Source: Eledone cirrhosa
Taxonomy: Eukaryota
NCBI GenBank assembly: GCA_964016885.1
Contig: OZ024741.1
Span: forward strand, 307,520,001 to 307,584,000
Length of the DNA: 64,000 nucleotides
Direction of reading: 5' to 3'
The position numbers and the translations under genes were made by a program. This document shows positions 47,466 to 61,343 of the stretch, piece after piece. A model generated the notes under the pieces. It did no database searches. It was not told the origin of the DNA and saw only the letters and a list, made by a program, of their open reading frames with translations. Within the stretch, counting starts at the first letter, position 1. Each line of letters opens with the position of its first letter.

Positions 47466-48019
47466 ACTCACTTTTCTTAAAATTTACTGGGAGGGCAATA
47501 TCACTTTCCCTGCATTGCCTTCCTCCTCGTGTGGTATCGTTGTTAACCATACAACGTCTGTCACCGGAGCCACACACACACATAAACAATATAAGAAATA
47601 AAAGACAACTCGTTCTTCCATCATCTTCATTACCAAACCCTCTAAAGAAAAACGATGTGTCGATCTTCACGAAAGACTATGTCGGATAGCCAGATCTCAC
47701 GCGTGATAAAAGGTGTTTGACATAAACGCACAAATCAGCACTGCACTGACACCGAAGGCGTGTGATCTGGACGGTTTCGTCATACGATGAGCATCTCGGA
47801 CAAGTTCGATTGCTGGCAGCTTTAACACAGCCATAGCTGCAGGGTTTATTGTTTCAGAAGAACATCCGAACCATGTCCATGTGTAAATTATCTCCCTTTG
47901 TTTTGTTCTTTATATATATAGTAAGTGTTTAAGATGGCGGCTGGAAACTCAGACTTGGTGTTTACATTGACTAAGCATTGAGACGTGCAAACCACGAGAA
48001 AAAAAAGGAACCTATCACA

Positions 48020-49265
48020 GACATCATCATCATTATCAATCATCATCGTCATCATCATCATCCTCATCATCACCATCATCTTCACCATGACCAAAACTAC
48101 CATCACCATTACCACTATCACCATTACCACAACCTCCATCATTATCACAACCATTGCCATCATCATCACCAGCACCACTACCACTAACACCGTAACCGAA
48201 AACATCATCACCATCAGCAATATATGCTCAACCAACACAACGACCATCATCATTGCAAACACCATCATCACCGTCACCACCATTACAACTTCAACCACAA
48301 CCACCAGCACAACCACCACCACCACCTCCACCACCACCACCACCACCACCACCATCACCACCATCAACACCACCATCACCACCACCACCATCATCAACAC
48401 CACCATCACCACCACCACCACCATCATCACCACCACCACCATCATCAACACCACCATCACCACCACCACCACCATCATCACCACCACCACCGACAGCACC
48501 ACCAGCACCACCACCACCGACAGCACCACCAGCACCAACACCACGACCACCACCATCTCATCACCACCACCACCACCACCACCACCACCACCACCACCAC
48601 CAACAACAACAACAATAACAACAATAACAACAGCAGCACCACCAACAACATCACCACCATCACCAGCACCACCACCATCAACACCACCACTACCACCACC
48701 ACCACCATCATCACCACCACCACCACCATCAACACAACCATCATCACCACCAACACCATCATCCCCATCACCACCACCACCACCACCACCATCATCACCA
48801 CCACCACCACCATCATCATCACCACTACCACCACCACCATCATCACCACCATCAACACCACCATAATCACCCTCCACACCACCATCAACACCACCACTAT
48901 CACCAATATCCCCCACCACCATCAACACTACCACTACTACCACCACCACTTCTACCAACACCACCACCACTTCTACCAACACCACCACCAACACCATCAT
49001 CACCACCACCACTACCACCACCAACACTACCATCAACACCACCACTACCACCACCACCTCCACCACCACGACCACCACTACCACCACCACTACCACCATC
49101 AACAATACCACCACCACCACCATCTCTACCAACACCACTACCACCACCATCATCACCACCACCACTACCACCACCAACACCACCACCATCAACACCACCA
49201 CTACCAACACCACCACCAGCAACTCCTCCCCCACCATCACCACAACCAACAACAACAACACCACC
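48020..49265. repeat. (CAC)/(CAT)-rich low-complexity tract
   Basis: Direct reading. Confidence 0.95.
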
Positions 49266-49344
49266 TCGACAAGTCGTTGCTCTGGAGACGACATTTTCTG
49301 ACATTTTACAAAAAGTCAAGATACAGCATTACTACGCTACCTTC

Positions 49345-50220
49345 CACTGCTGCTGTTGTTGTTATTGTTGTTTTCTCTGTTGTTGCTGTTTCAGTTTTGC
49401 TGTTTCTTTTCTTCTTGTTTCTATAGTTGTCTGTTGTTGTTGTTATTGCTGTTGTTGTTGCTGTTGTTGTTGTTATTGTTATTGCTGTTGTTGTTGTTGT
49501 TATTGCTGTTGTTGTTGTTATTGCTGTTGTTGTTGTTGTTATTATTGTTATTGCTGCTGTTGTTGTTGCTATTGATGTTGTTGTTGTTGTTGTTATTGCT
49601 GTTGTTGTTGTTGTTATTATTGTTATTGCTGCTGTTGTTGTTGCTATTGATGTTGTTGTTGTTGTTATTGCTGTTGTTGTTGTTCTTATTGCTGTTGTTG
49701 TTGTTATTGTTATTGATGTTGCTGTTTTTGTTGTTGTTGTTGTTGCTATTGATGTTGTTGTTGTTGTTATTGTTATTGCTGTTGTTGTTATTGCTGTTGT
49801 TGCTGTTGTTGTTATTGCTGTTGTTGTTGTTGTTGTTACTGATGTTGTTGTTTCTCTTGCTGTTGTTGTTACTGTTGTTGTTTTTTTTTTGCTGTTGTTG
49901 CTGTTACTGTTGCTGTTGTTGTTGTTGTTGCTGTTGCTGTTGTTGTTGCTGTTGCTGTTGTTGTTGCTGCTATTGTTGCTGTTGTTGTTGTTGCTGTTTT
50001 TGTTGTTGTTACTGCTGTAGTTGTTGTTACTGTTGTTGTTACTGTTGCTGTTGTTGTTGTTGCTGTTGTGATGTTTTAATTGTTGCTGTTGATATTGTTG
50101 GGTTTTTTCATTGTTATTGTTGTTGTTATTGTTGTTGCTGCTGATCCTGCAATTGATGCTGTTATTGTTGTTGTATTTGTAGTTGTTTTTGTTTATGCTA
50201 TTGGTGATATCATTGTTTTG

Positions 50221-50256
<36 letters not shown>

Positions 50257-50340
50257 AGTTGTTACTGTTGTTGCTGTTGTTGCTTCTGCTATTGATGTTG
50301 TTGGTGTTTCTATCCTTGTTATTGTTGTTTGTGTTGTCCT
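49345..50340. repeat. (GTT)/(GCT)-rich low-complexity tract
   Basis: Direct reading. Confidence 0.95.
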
Positions 50341-50795
50341 TTCTTCCTCTTTACGTGACAAAGTAGTTTTGTAAGTGAAACCACTTCATACATCATACTC
50401 AAGCAGTAACCTTTCTTTGCCGTCCCTCTCGCTTCTCTCACCTCCCACATACTTCTCATCACTATGCCAATTTCTTTCTCTCTTTCTTCACCACTTAGCT
50501 CGTTTTCCTCTACCTATCGATCCCTATTTCTTTGTGTGCCCTTTATACATATCACACACACAAATACATTCGCACGCGCTCATGCATACATATATACATA
50601 CATACATACATGCATATATATGTGTGTGTGTATGTGTGTGCGAGTGAGTATGTGCGTTTTTTTATGCGTGTATGTCTCTCTATGTATGCATATATATATA
50701 TATATATATATGCGTACATGAGAGAGAGAGAGAAAGACATATATTTACCAACAATTAATACATACATATATATATATAGACATATATACAACCAA

Positions 50796-50863
<68 letters not shown>

Positions 50864-51902
50864 CTATCATTAAAGGCCCGGCGTTGCTCGGGGTCAGTAA
50901 GTTACCAAAGTTAGGTTGCACCACCCATTTTATGGCAGCACTTTTTTGTCTGCCAGGCACTGGGTGAATGAATTGCAGAACTGGACCGCCGAAGCAGGAG
51001 CTGCGCCAGCAGTGACAATTGTAGTTTCGGCTATGGATATTATCTCTTTGCAAAGAACTGTTGAAATTTATTGTTTCACAGTACTTGCGCGACACGCGCG
51101 TAGACTATGTCAGCCGAACAACAAAGCTGCGATGTAGTTATTCTGCATGGTTATCTAATGTGTGTTTTCTAAATTTAAGACAGTAGAGAGGAGTGTGATA
51201 TGGGGGAGAGTTAGCTGCTGTTTCTAGCAGGTTTAGTGACCTCATAGAGGATATGTTTTCTAAATTTAAGAGAGTAGGGAGGGGTGTGATATGGGGGAGA
51301 GTTAGCTGCTGTTTCTAGCAGGTTTAGTGACCTCATAGAGAATATTATTGTGTATAGTAAATAAACTGATACTTCTTTCTTCCATCTTCGTTGAGAGATG
51401 TTTTAAAAAAGATTTATCGTTATTTTTGTTGTTGTTGAATAAATTTATCTGTTGCTTTTGAATAATTGTTGTTTCGTATGAAATGTAATAAGTTCTCTTT
51501 GTCATTGAAATAAATAAATGTTTGACCGTTCCACACTCAAAAACAAACGTTCTCTCTCTCTCTCCCTCTCACTCTCTTCTCTCTCTCTTAAAGTTTGTAA
51601 GTGTAAGCGTATATAAGAGAAAGTTGCAGCAGGTATGTAGTTTTATCGAATTTTAAGGGGAGTAGAGAGGGGTATCAGATTGTATTAGAGGGGTAAAGCG
51701 TCATGTATTTAGTTTTATCGATTATTTCCATAATTGTCGGTGAGTTTGAATGAAATAAATAGTCGTTGACCTAAGTTAGACCATTTACAACATTCTTACA
51801 GACCTTGAGTCGAATCGTTTTGAAATTGTGCAAATGTATAAACATGGAACATGCACACAAACACACATACAACAACAACAATTTGCCTTTTATAGATAAT
51901 GA
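50864..51902 (-). mobile_element. Non-autonomous Helitron
   Basis: The minus strand starts A^TCATTATCTATAAAAGG and ends with the GC hairpin CCCGAGCAACGCCGGG, then ..GATAG^T (variant of CTAG), in (TA)n. Internal ~91-bp tandem duplication at 51163-51340. Confidence 0.65.
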
Positions 51903-52164
51903 TATATATATACTTTATATACATTACATTCTCTCTGTCTTACACAACGGAATTCAGCCAATATCTCTACTGTAATGGTGATGAACGCTTTAAAACCTAT
52001 CTCCAGGCAAACGTCATCTACAACTCCTCCACGATCACCTCTTCCTTATCCACGACCTCCCCCCTCCAACAGACACCTGAAATAATCAACTATCCAGGGT
52101 TACGGACCACACCCATTCTTTGACATTGAACCACTAAGTTAATTCTAAGCTAAACAAATACCGG

Positions 52165-52460
52165 GGATTGTCCGGCTGCGTCCTCTTCGCACCAGTAGCC
52201 GCCGAGACCTCAAGCGTACTTGGACCTCATATTGTCGAGCTACCCCGTAAGATCGGAACGTCGGCGGCCCGTCTGAGGAAGTATCCCCACAACTGGTGTC
52301 ACTGGCCATTATCCGCGGGGCGCAGTCTCATTATCACCGAACCCATTCTTCTGTGACCTTAGAATCCTTGCCATTCACTCCCTTTTCCGTTTTTTCTTTA
52401 TATTTTCCTATTTTACATTCCATTCTTTCTTTTCAATCTAATATATTTTATTTTAAGCTT
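52165..52460 (+). mobile_element. CRE-clade 3' remnant, homologous to 42290-42685
   Basis: LFAPVAAETSSVLGP..RKIG..AARLRK and QLVSLAIIRG. Confidence 0.6.
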
Positions 52461-53011
52461 GTGTTGTGAAAGGAAGAGTGACGGAATGCAAGGCTACCCC
52501 CATTAATAAAAATTGCTACAGAGACGATAAACAGATAGAAAGCTTGCAACCTTCCTTAATGGCGGTCTGCTGTCGTCAAATGCCCCATAGAAGAATCAGA
52601 AACTAAAAACAAGAAGGGTGTAATTTGTGAAAGAACTGTTCCCAATCTTTATGTCAGCCCCAGCAAACCCTTTTGTGGCACCTTCATAGAATGGTTTGGG
52701 TTTTCTTCTTGACAACTGGACAGGGACTGAACACAGCTGAACTACGTTACTGCCAAATATAGGTAAGCGGACACCTTAACCTCAAAATGCATAAAGAGTT
52801 TGAAACATACATGCGCACCTACATGAGCAGACAGACTGTAACATATGACACGTGCAGACAATAGAGAGAGACAATAACACACATACACACACACACACAC
52901 ACAAATATATATAAATATAATATACATACATATATATATACTAAAGCACCGTTGGGTCACGTTCACTTAAAAGTAATCTATAAATAAATAAAATATATGC
53001 AGTCATGTATA

Positions 53012-53202
53012 TAATTGTTTCTACTTTTTGGCACAAGGCCAGCAATTACCCAGTGCATTACTGGTACTTTATTTTATCGACCCCGTAAGGATGAAAGGCA
53101 AAGTAAACCTCGGCGGGATTTGAACTCAGAATGGCAAGGACCGTAACTCTATGCGTCAAAGCATGGCGTCCGACCCTCTACCGATACTGCCAATCCACCG
53201 CC
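53012..53202 (-). mobile_element. tRNA-derived SINE family 1
   Basis: Full family consensus. Confidence 0.88.
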
Positions 53203-53474
53203 AATTCAGTCATGTATATAATGTAAAATGAAATGTTCAATCTACTCTCTCACAACCTTTATCTGTTTCTCTCTATCTTTCTCCCTCTCTATTTATGAAG
53301 GTACCCAGAAAAACCCCGTATCACGGGAACCCGTGTTCCGATTTACGTGAAACTTGTTTTATTCCATTTGTATTCCCATTTCATGGGCAACTTCCTTTCA
53401 AAATATTTTCCCATTATGCGCCGTTTTGGGTGTTTTAAATTACAGACAAGCACATAATCACAGAGTTTTAGTAC

Positions 53475-53597
<123 letters not shown>

Positions 53598-53695
53598 CAT
53601 ATATGCAGTCATTAAAATCATTCAAAGAAATAGAATATAAATGCACCACATAAGTTTAAGTTTATAGAATGTCTACACACACACATACACACACC

Positions 53696-53778
<83 letters not shown>

Positions 53779-54371
53779 TACCGGTCTTCGATACCCCATA
53801 CTTTCCGACTTCTCCCACACATGCATTGTCAGACCCTAGGTGGACACATCGTTTAAGTTTGTCTGTAAGCTATCGTATTATTTCAAACACCAACATTGGA
53901 AACCTGAGACAACGTATGGCACTCAAGACATTTACAGAGAAATGTTAAAGGGTTATCTCTGCGAAAAACGCCATGACAAGGGTACATTGAGGTCTACTTA
54001 CTACTTATTTTGTTGCTGTGGTTGTTGTTGGTGTTGTTTTAGATCTCATTCTTGTTACTATTGTTGTTGTTATTGATAATGTTGTATCGTTGTAGAAGAT
54101 TGTGTTATATTGATGTATGTATGTATGTATGTATGTATGTATGTATGTATGTATGTATGTATGTATGTATGTATGTATGTATGTATGTATTTATGTATGT
54201 ATGCATGTATGTATGTATGCATGTATGTATGTATGTATGTATGTATGTATGTATGTATGTATGTATGGATGTATGTATGTATTTATGTATGTATGTATGT
54301 ATGTATGTATGTATGTATGTATGTATGTATGTATGTATTTATGTATGTATGCATGTATGTATGTATGTATG

Positions 54372-55204
54372 TTTTCTCTTTCTCTTAATTTTGAGTATAT
54401 TTTTTGACCGGCCACCTTCCTGGTGGCAAGGTTGTAAAAGAAAAGAAATTGTCATCCCTTGAATCGCAAGAATGTTTTGCAAATTTTGAAGGTGCCAGCT
54501 ATCGCAGCCATTTGTAGACTATGAATTAGGGAGCTGCGCTTTTTGTCCGCAAATCCAAGTTCAGTCATACTTTGGTCCAAGCGGGTTGGTATATAACCCG
54601 TAGCACCAATAATGATGGGTATGAAGCTAAAGGTGTATCTTGGATACTGGATTTGTAAACTCCTCATCAATGGTCCGTAGATGTCCTCCTTCTCCTGTAT
54701 TTTTCTGACAACGTTTACATCAAGTGGGCAGCTGATCTCCACAACAGAACACGTTTTCAATGTGTGGTCCCAAACTACAATATCAGGCCGGTTGTGCTTT
54801 AATTTGGTGGCAGTTTTTATTTTCAGGTTCCACCAGTATTCCTTAGTGCCATCTGTCTCAATATATTCTTCCTCGTTTGTTGTTGATTTTGTTTTCCGAA
54901 GTGCGTTCCAGATGGTTCTAGCTATCCCATCGTGTCTCATGGGGAGGTAGTAGCGAGATGACATTCTTTCGCAGCTGGCAACAATGTGGCTTACATCCTC
55001 GATCTTTGTTTTACATAGCCTACATTTATTGTCAGCTGCTGGCCCTCCTCTTTTGTGCAGCAGATATTTGGTAGGGAGTTCTTGTTCCTGTATTGCATAG
55101 AGATATCCCTCAAGGTGTGATGTCATAAACTAGTCGGAACTCCATGCCAGGCTTTTTGAGTGGTTTATCCCCTCTATGGTCTGTGTTTTACGCCTCAAGT
55201 ATCC
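54372..55204 (-). mobile_element. R4/Dong-like RLE retrotransposon 3' fragment (subfamily 1) embedded in (ATGT)n
   Basis: ORF 54452-55126: EGYLYAIQEQEL, CRLC..H..C, RHD, RPDIVVWD..EISCP..EKEDIY. (ATGT)n on both sides. Confidence 0.88.
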
Positions 55205-55447
55205 ATGCATGTATGTATGTATGTATGTATGTATGTATGTATGTATGTATGTATGTATGTATGTATGTATGTATGTATGTATATATGGATGTATGTATGT
55301 ATTTATGTATGTATGTATGTATGTATGTATGTATGTATGTATGTATGTATGTATGTATGTATGTATATATGTATGTATTTATGTATGTATGTATGTATAT
55401 ATGTATGTATTTATGTATGTATGTATGTATGTATGTATGTATGTATG

Positions 55448-56054
55448 TCAGGTCACCAGTTGGTGCTACTGGTAACATGTATCCCAGTACAACCTGTCCC
55501 ATGGTCGGGTCGTTGGCGACTAAACTGGCAACCCCACCAAGGTTTCTTGGTGAGGAGGGTGACTTTGGACATCCTGCAGGACTAAAAACAAAACCTGTCA
55601 AAGGGCAAAGGAGCTCTTAAGAGTCAATGGCCATCCAAAATCACCGGGAGAGATGACCCCTTAGCCTTTGTCAAGGCAGAATTCTAGGAGAAGGAAAACT
55701 CTGATATAACACCTGCAACCCTGATGGTATCCAATGATGTTGACTTGTTCTTCTTTTTGGTAAATATCATCTTGGTTAAGAGAGTGGGACTGGCTTTGTG
55801 CAGTGCCTTTGCTCACTATAAAAGCTTCACGGCACAGGCATTGCTTTATATCTGGAGATCTCTCTGCACTTGTCGTCACATGGTACCATGGGCCCAGCAC
55901 TATGTGTCAGTAATTGTCACAAGTGTAGTGTTTGTACCAGAGTTTTCAAGTCGCTGGCTGGACTAAAAAGTCACACTCGTTCAGCGCATCGGTAGGGGTT
56001 CTCCTACATGGATATAGAGTAGTGGCCGTACTCGAAAACGAGTTGGCAGCCACC
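55448..56054 (+). mobile_element. Non-autonomous RTE-derived element, copy 2 (longer 5' end)
   Basis: Near-identical to 10470-11064; (ATGT)n on both sides. Confidence 0.72.
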
Positions 56055-56586
56055 ATGTATGTATGTATGTACGGATGTATGTATGTATGTATGTATGTAT
56101 GTATTTATATATGTATGCATGTATGTATTTATGTATGTATGTATATATGTATGTATTTATGTATGTATGTATATATGTATGTATTTATGTATGTATGTAT
56201 GTGTATAGGTATGTATTTATGCTTGTATGTATGTATGCATGTATGTATGTTTGTATGTATTTATGCATGTATATATATATATATATATGTATGTATGTGT
56301 ATATGAATGCATGTGTGTATGAATGTATGTATGTATGTATGTATGTATGTATGTATGTATGTATGTATGTATGTATGTATGTATGTATGTATGTATGTAT
56401 GCATGAGTATATGTATGATATGTATGTGTGTATATGTATGCATATGTGTATTCATGTATGTTTAGATGTATATATATATTATTTCTGAAGACAGCATATA
56501 TATGTGTAGGTATGTATATTCCCTCTGAATATATATACATACATATATATATATACATACACACATATATATATATACATATATAC

Positions 56587-56684
<98 letters not shown>

Positions 56685-56761
56685 CATATATATATCTCTA
56701 TATATACATGCATACATATATATATATATATATACACATATATATATATATACATATATAC

Positions 56762-56844
<83 letters not shown>

Positions 56845-57844
56845 CATATATATATCTATATATATACATACATACATATATATATATATACACATATATA
56901 TATATATATATTTACATACAAATATTGCACATACAGCATTTTATCGCCTTCGCCCTCTTCCACCATCCTTCCACCAGTCTTCTAGCTATCCAGCCGTTCT
57001 CGCCGTCCAAATATCGAACTATCGAACTATCCATTGATCGATCTTACCATCCAGTTAACCATCCAGTCATCTTACCGCCTGGCCAGCCATCTGACCATCC
57101 AGCGAACCATCAAACCATCAACCCACCCAGTTATCCACTTATTCCTTCATCCATCTAGCTATCCAACCATCCACCAGCACTGACTGGGTCATTAACCTGA
57201 GTATGAATAAACTGAAATAATGCTTACGAGTCAGTGTTTTGTTGTCTTTTCCGTGTTCATTGACTTTAAACGTCTTTGCATGTTACAGTGTCATGAAATA
57301 TTAACTGAATATGGCGGTTAATGGTAATGGTGGCTGGTAGTTGTGGTTGTGTAATTGAGGTTGTTGTGTTAGTTGTTTGTTGTGGCTGTATTGGTGGTGG
57401 TGATGGCGGGCTTGTTTTTGTATATCATTGTTCTTGTTGTTGGCTTTGGTGGTGCTGTTTAGAGTAGTGGTTGGGGAATTGTTTCTTTATGGTGGCGGTG
57501 GTAGCGGCGGTGGAGGAGATGGTGGCGGGGATGGAGGTGGTGGTGGTGGTGGTATGGTGGGCATGGACGTTTTGGTTGTGGAGTTGTTGGTGCATTGGGG
57601 GTGGTGGTGTTAACGATGGTGCTTGTGATAGTGGTGGTGATGGTTGAGTGTTTTGCGCAGTCTAAGGATGTGGCGATTATGATTATTACGGTTGTGGTAA
57701 TAAGGTGGTTGTGAGTGGGAGTGGGAGTGTTAGGTAATTGTGGGGATTAATATTATATCGAGGGTAGATGACGTGGTGGTATAATAGAAATTAGATGTAG
57801 CTGGTTAGAGAAGGGAGAAACTTGTGAGTCAGGGATATGGAGAG

Positions 57845-57916
57845 AAAGATAGAGAGATAGAAAGATAGAGATAGAGACACAGAGAGATAGAGATAAAGAG
57901 ACAGAGACATAGATAA

Positions 57917-57973
<57 letters not shown>
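57845..57973. repeat. (GATA)n microsatellite at the Tx1 3' end
   Basis: Direct reading. Confidence 0.95.
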
Positions 57974-57974
<1 letters not shown>

Positions 57975-58207
57975 TTCTTTATTAGCCACAAGGGCGCAAC
58001 AAGAAAGGGGACAATACAAAGACATGCCGGGGATTTTACATACAGTCGTGTAAAAAATATAAAAACAAACAATTTCAACAATCGAAATCCCCAATAGGGG
58101 GGAGGCGCCACAAATGGGTTGTTTAATACCCCGTCGATAGAACAACCCTCAACTCAAGGAGCGTGTTGTGCAAGTGCTCCTTTCTTCCTTTTGCTCTCTT
58201 CTTCAAC

Positions 58208-61200
58208 CTACAGTCTTATAAACAGAGAAGGCCCAATCACTCGGGCCATTTTCGCTTCATTCACCCACCTTTCAGTAAATTTACTGGGGTGCAGTGCCTC
58301 TCTCTCCACCCTGATTCTCCTTCTAAAGTGATACTTAAAGAATGGAATCAATTGTTGTCCGGAGAGAAAGGCATCTGTCCTCAGTCCTCTCAACCTCGTC
58401 CACCATATAACTTCTTTCACCATAGCCACCGTACAGAGGAAAACCGCCTCTCTTTCGTTTTTGAAAGAGTCTGGCGGTTTGATCCTTACTATGGACTCGG
58501 CAGTCAACTGTATTTGTCCCATACGCGACAGCAGTTGTTCTGCATAGTTCCACAGGTCGCTTACGCCCGGGCAGTGTACAATTGCGTGCAGAACTGTTTC
58601 AATGTCCTGCGCACATCTTGGACACGTCCTTTGGAAGGATCCCTGCCAGGGCGTCCGTGCCTGTAGATCTTGTCACGAACCGGTAGAGCTCCTCGGTAGC
58701 ACTGCCAGGCCAGTTGTTGTCCATAGGTCCCGGGCGGAAAGTCCTACCAAACATACTGGTGAGTTAATCGTCTTCGACGCCCAGAGTCTCTCCGAGCACG
58801 TCGTCGCCCTTGTAACGTACAATCTCTCTATAGAATGTCGAAGTGGAGTCTCCACTGATTGCTGCGCCCGCTTGCCAGAGGACTGTGAGCGCCTGAGCGC
58901 ATTCAATGTGCCAGGCGCCCATCGTTTTCGGTCTTTTCTTCACCCAGGACTGCAGCTCCGTTAGCGAGACGAGCTGTGGGAAAGCCTGTCTCACAAACGG
59001 TGCCCACACCGGTTGGGGGTCGGTGAGGAATACCTGGAGATGCCGCAGCCTCAGCGCATGTTTGCGCATCATCAGCCACGGCATTCCCAGCCCTCCGTTG
59101 GAAGGGTGCTGACAGCAGACGGATCTCCTCACCAGCGGAGCCTGCTTCTTCCACAGAAACTGGAAGAGCATGCGTTCCATCTTGGCGAGGTGTTCACGGG
59201 AACAAGGCACGACAGTCAAGCGGTAGTAGATGACGGACGCTATGAAAGTGTTCGCCACCTCCGCTCGACCTTTCAAGGACAGTTTGCACTCTGCCCACAT
59301 CTGGGTGAGTGAAAACACCTTGGCCGTGACCTCGTTCCAGATTTTCTCCACCTGGAGGTCTGGACCGAACCAGACCCCGAGCAATTTCACCGGTCCGTCC
59401 GTCCAGCGTCCAACGACGCTGTCGGATGTCATCGGTTTGCCTCTCCACGTACCGAGTTGCAAACCGACAGACTTGTCTGGGTTTAGTTTTGCTCCCGTCA
59501 GCGTTTCGTATTCTTTCAGTATGTTGCCGATCACCCCGATTTCCGAGGTGCTCGACACCATTACTGTCACGTCGTCGGCATAAGCCGACGCCGCTTTGCG
59601 CAGTCCCGGTTCTAGGGGGATGCCCTGCAACAGCTCCAATTTCCGCAGTAGTGGTTCTAGAGTCAATACATACAGAATGGAGGAGAGAGGGCATCCCTGT
59701 CGAATGGAACGCGTGATTGCGAACGGCTCCGATAGGTAGCCGTTCACCTTGACCCTCGAGCAGATGCTGGTGTGCATCGCCTCGATCCATCCTCTGAACA
59801 CGGGACCGAAACCGGCCGCCTTGAGAACCGCTTCCAAGTATCGATGGATGACCCTATCGAATGCCTTAGACTGATCCAAGTTGATCAGAGCCCCACCGAA
59901 GCCGGGTTTACTACCCACCCTCTCTATGATGTATCGCATGAGGTGGAGGTTGTCGTGTATGGACCAGGTCGGGATTCAACACGTTTGCGCTTTCCCTACC
60001 AGGTTCTCGACGACAAGCGCCAACCTCGTCGCTAACACCTTGGCCAAATTCTTTAACTCTGTGTTAAGCAGAGTTATGCTCAAACAGTCGCGCAAAGTGC
60101 CGCTGAAAGGCCGCGCACATTTGCTTGGCGTCAAGTAGCACGCGTCCGTTTTGGTCTTTCAAAGACCGAATCGTGGACTTGTTGCCACTTTTTGCCTCCG
60201 CCACTCGGGCCCAGCTGACAGCTTTCGCTCCTTCGTTTCCTAGAGCACGTGTTTTGCTTCTGACCACGCAGCCTTCGTGTTTCGCATCGAAGAACTGGTC
60301 CAGTGCCGTTCTCGCCGCTAACACTCTAGCCGCGTTGCCACTTCTAAGTGCCTCCTCTACTTGGCTACTAGTTCTCTTTCTATTCTGTTTTTCTCTAAGG
60401 CTAACTCTCTGCTATACCCTATCGATTCTATTCTAATTGCTTTCTTGAGAGAGTACCACCATCTATTGTTGACGATGGCTCCCGTTAACTGTTGCTTGAC
60501 TAGTTTAATTATCCGTTCACTGTAAGCTTTACGTGCCGGCAACGACACGTTCAGCTTCCAGTATCCGGGACCCTGTCTATGTATTCTATCACGGTTGACT
60601 AAGCATACGACTAACTTGTGATCTGAATAGGCAACCATGTGCATTCGTGGACAGCTTAACATATCCTTGTCCCTTTATCTAATGAAGAACCGATCTAAAT
60701 ACGATCTAGATGTCCCACTGCGGTTTACCCACGTCCACTGTGGTGCAGTCGGGAAATCCAGTCGATACCTATCGGCCAGTTGGAATTGGCCGATTAAAGT
60801 TGAGGCTGTTGCACCCCGCTCTACTGGGACATGCTCCCACCTAGTCCCATCGTGCATCTAGGATACCATTCCAGTCCCCCACTAAAAGTAAGGAGCGAGA
60901 CGTTCCCAGAAAAGACTCTAGACGCTTAAAGAAGTCTGGCCGTGATTGCGATTGCCCGGTCGGGGCATAAACGGCCACCAGTCTGAAGGCTCCACCTCCG
61001 ATACTGTTCACGTCTAGGACTACCAGTCTACCCTCCGAGTCCAAGTGTACTTGCTGTACTCCGACGTCCAGGTTCTTCCGAAACATAACAGCCACTCCAC
61101 CTCCACCTCCTGGCTGACAGAGAGATGCGTAGATCTCAAAGTCGTCGAAGATGGGGGTTAGTTGCTGCCTGTTGTGGATTCTGGACTCGGTGATGGCTAT

Positions 61201-61302
61201 CACATCCATACTGTGTGACCTAAGGTCGTTTAAAAGTTGGCCCTGTTTCCAGGGCATCCCTAGGCCACGCACATTCACGGTTCCAACTCGTAAACCAGCC
61301 AT
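58208..61302 (-). pseudogene. Tx1 ORF2 (APE endonuclease + RT), disrupted
   Basis: TVNVRGL, ITES, VAVYAP, GDWN, YLDRFF, SDHKLV, AYADD. Contains stops and frameshifts, and a ~335-bp deletion near 60078 joining HFARLF to ITLLNT relative to copy 2. Confidence 0.88.
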
Positions 61303-61343
61303 GTTGGTGAAGAAAAGTTGGAGAAAAAGGACGAAAGGTGCAC

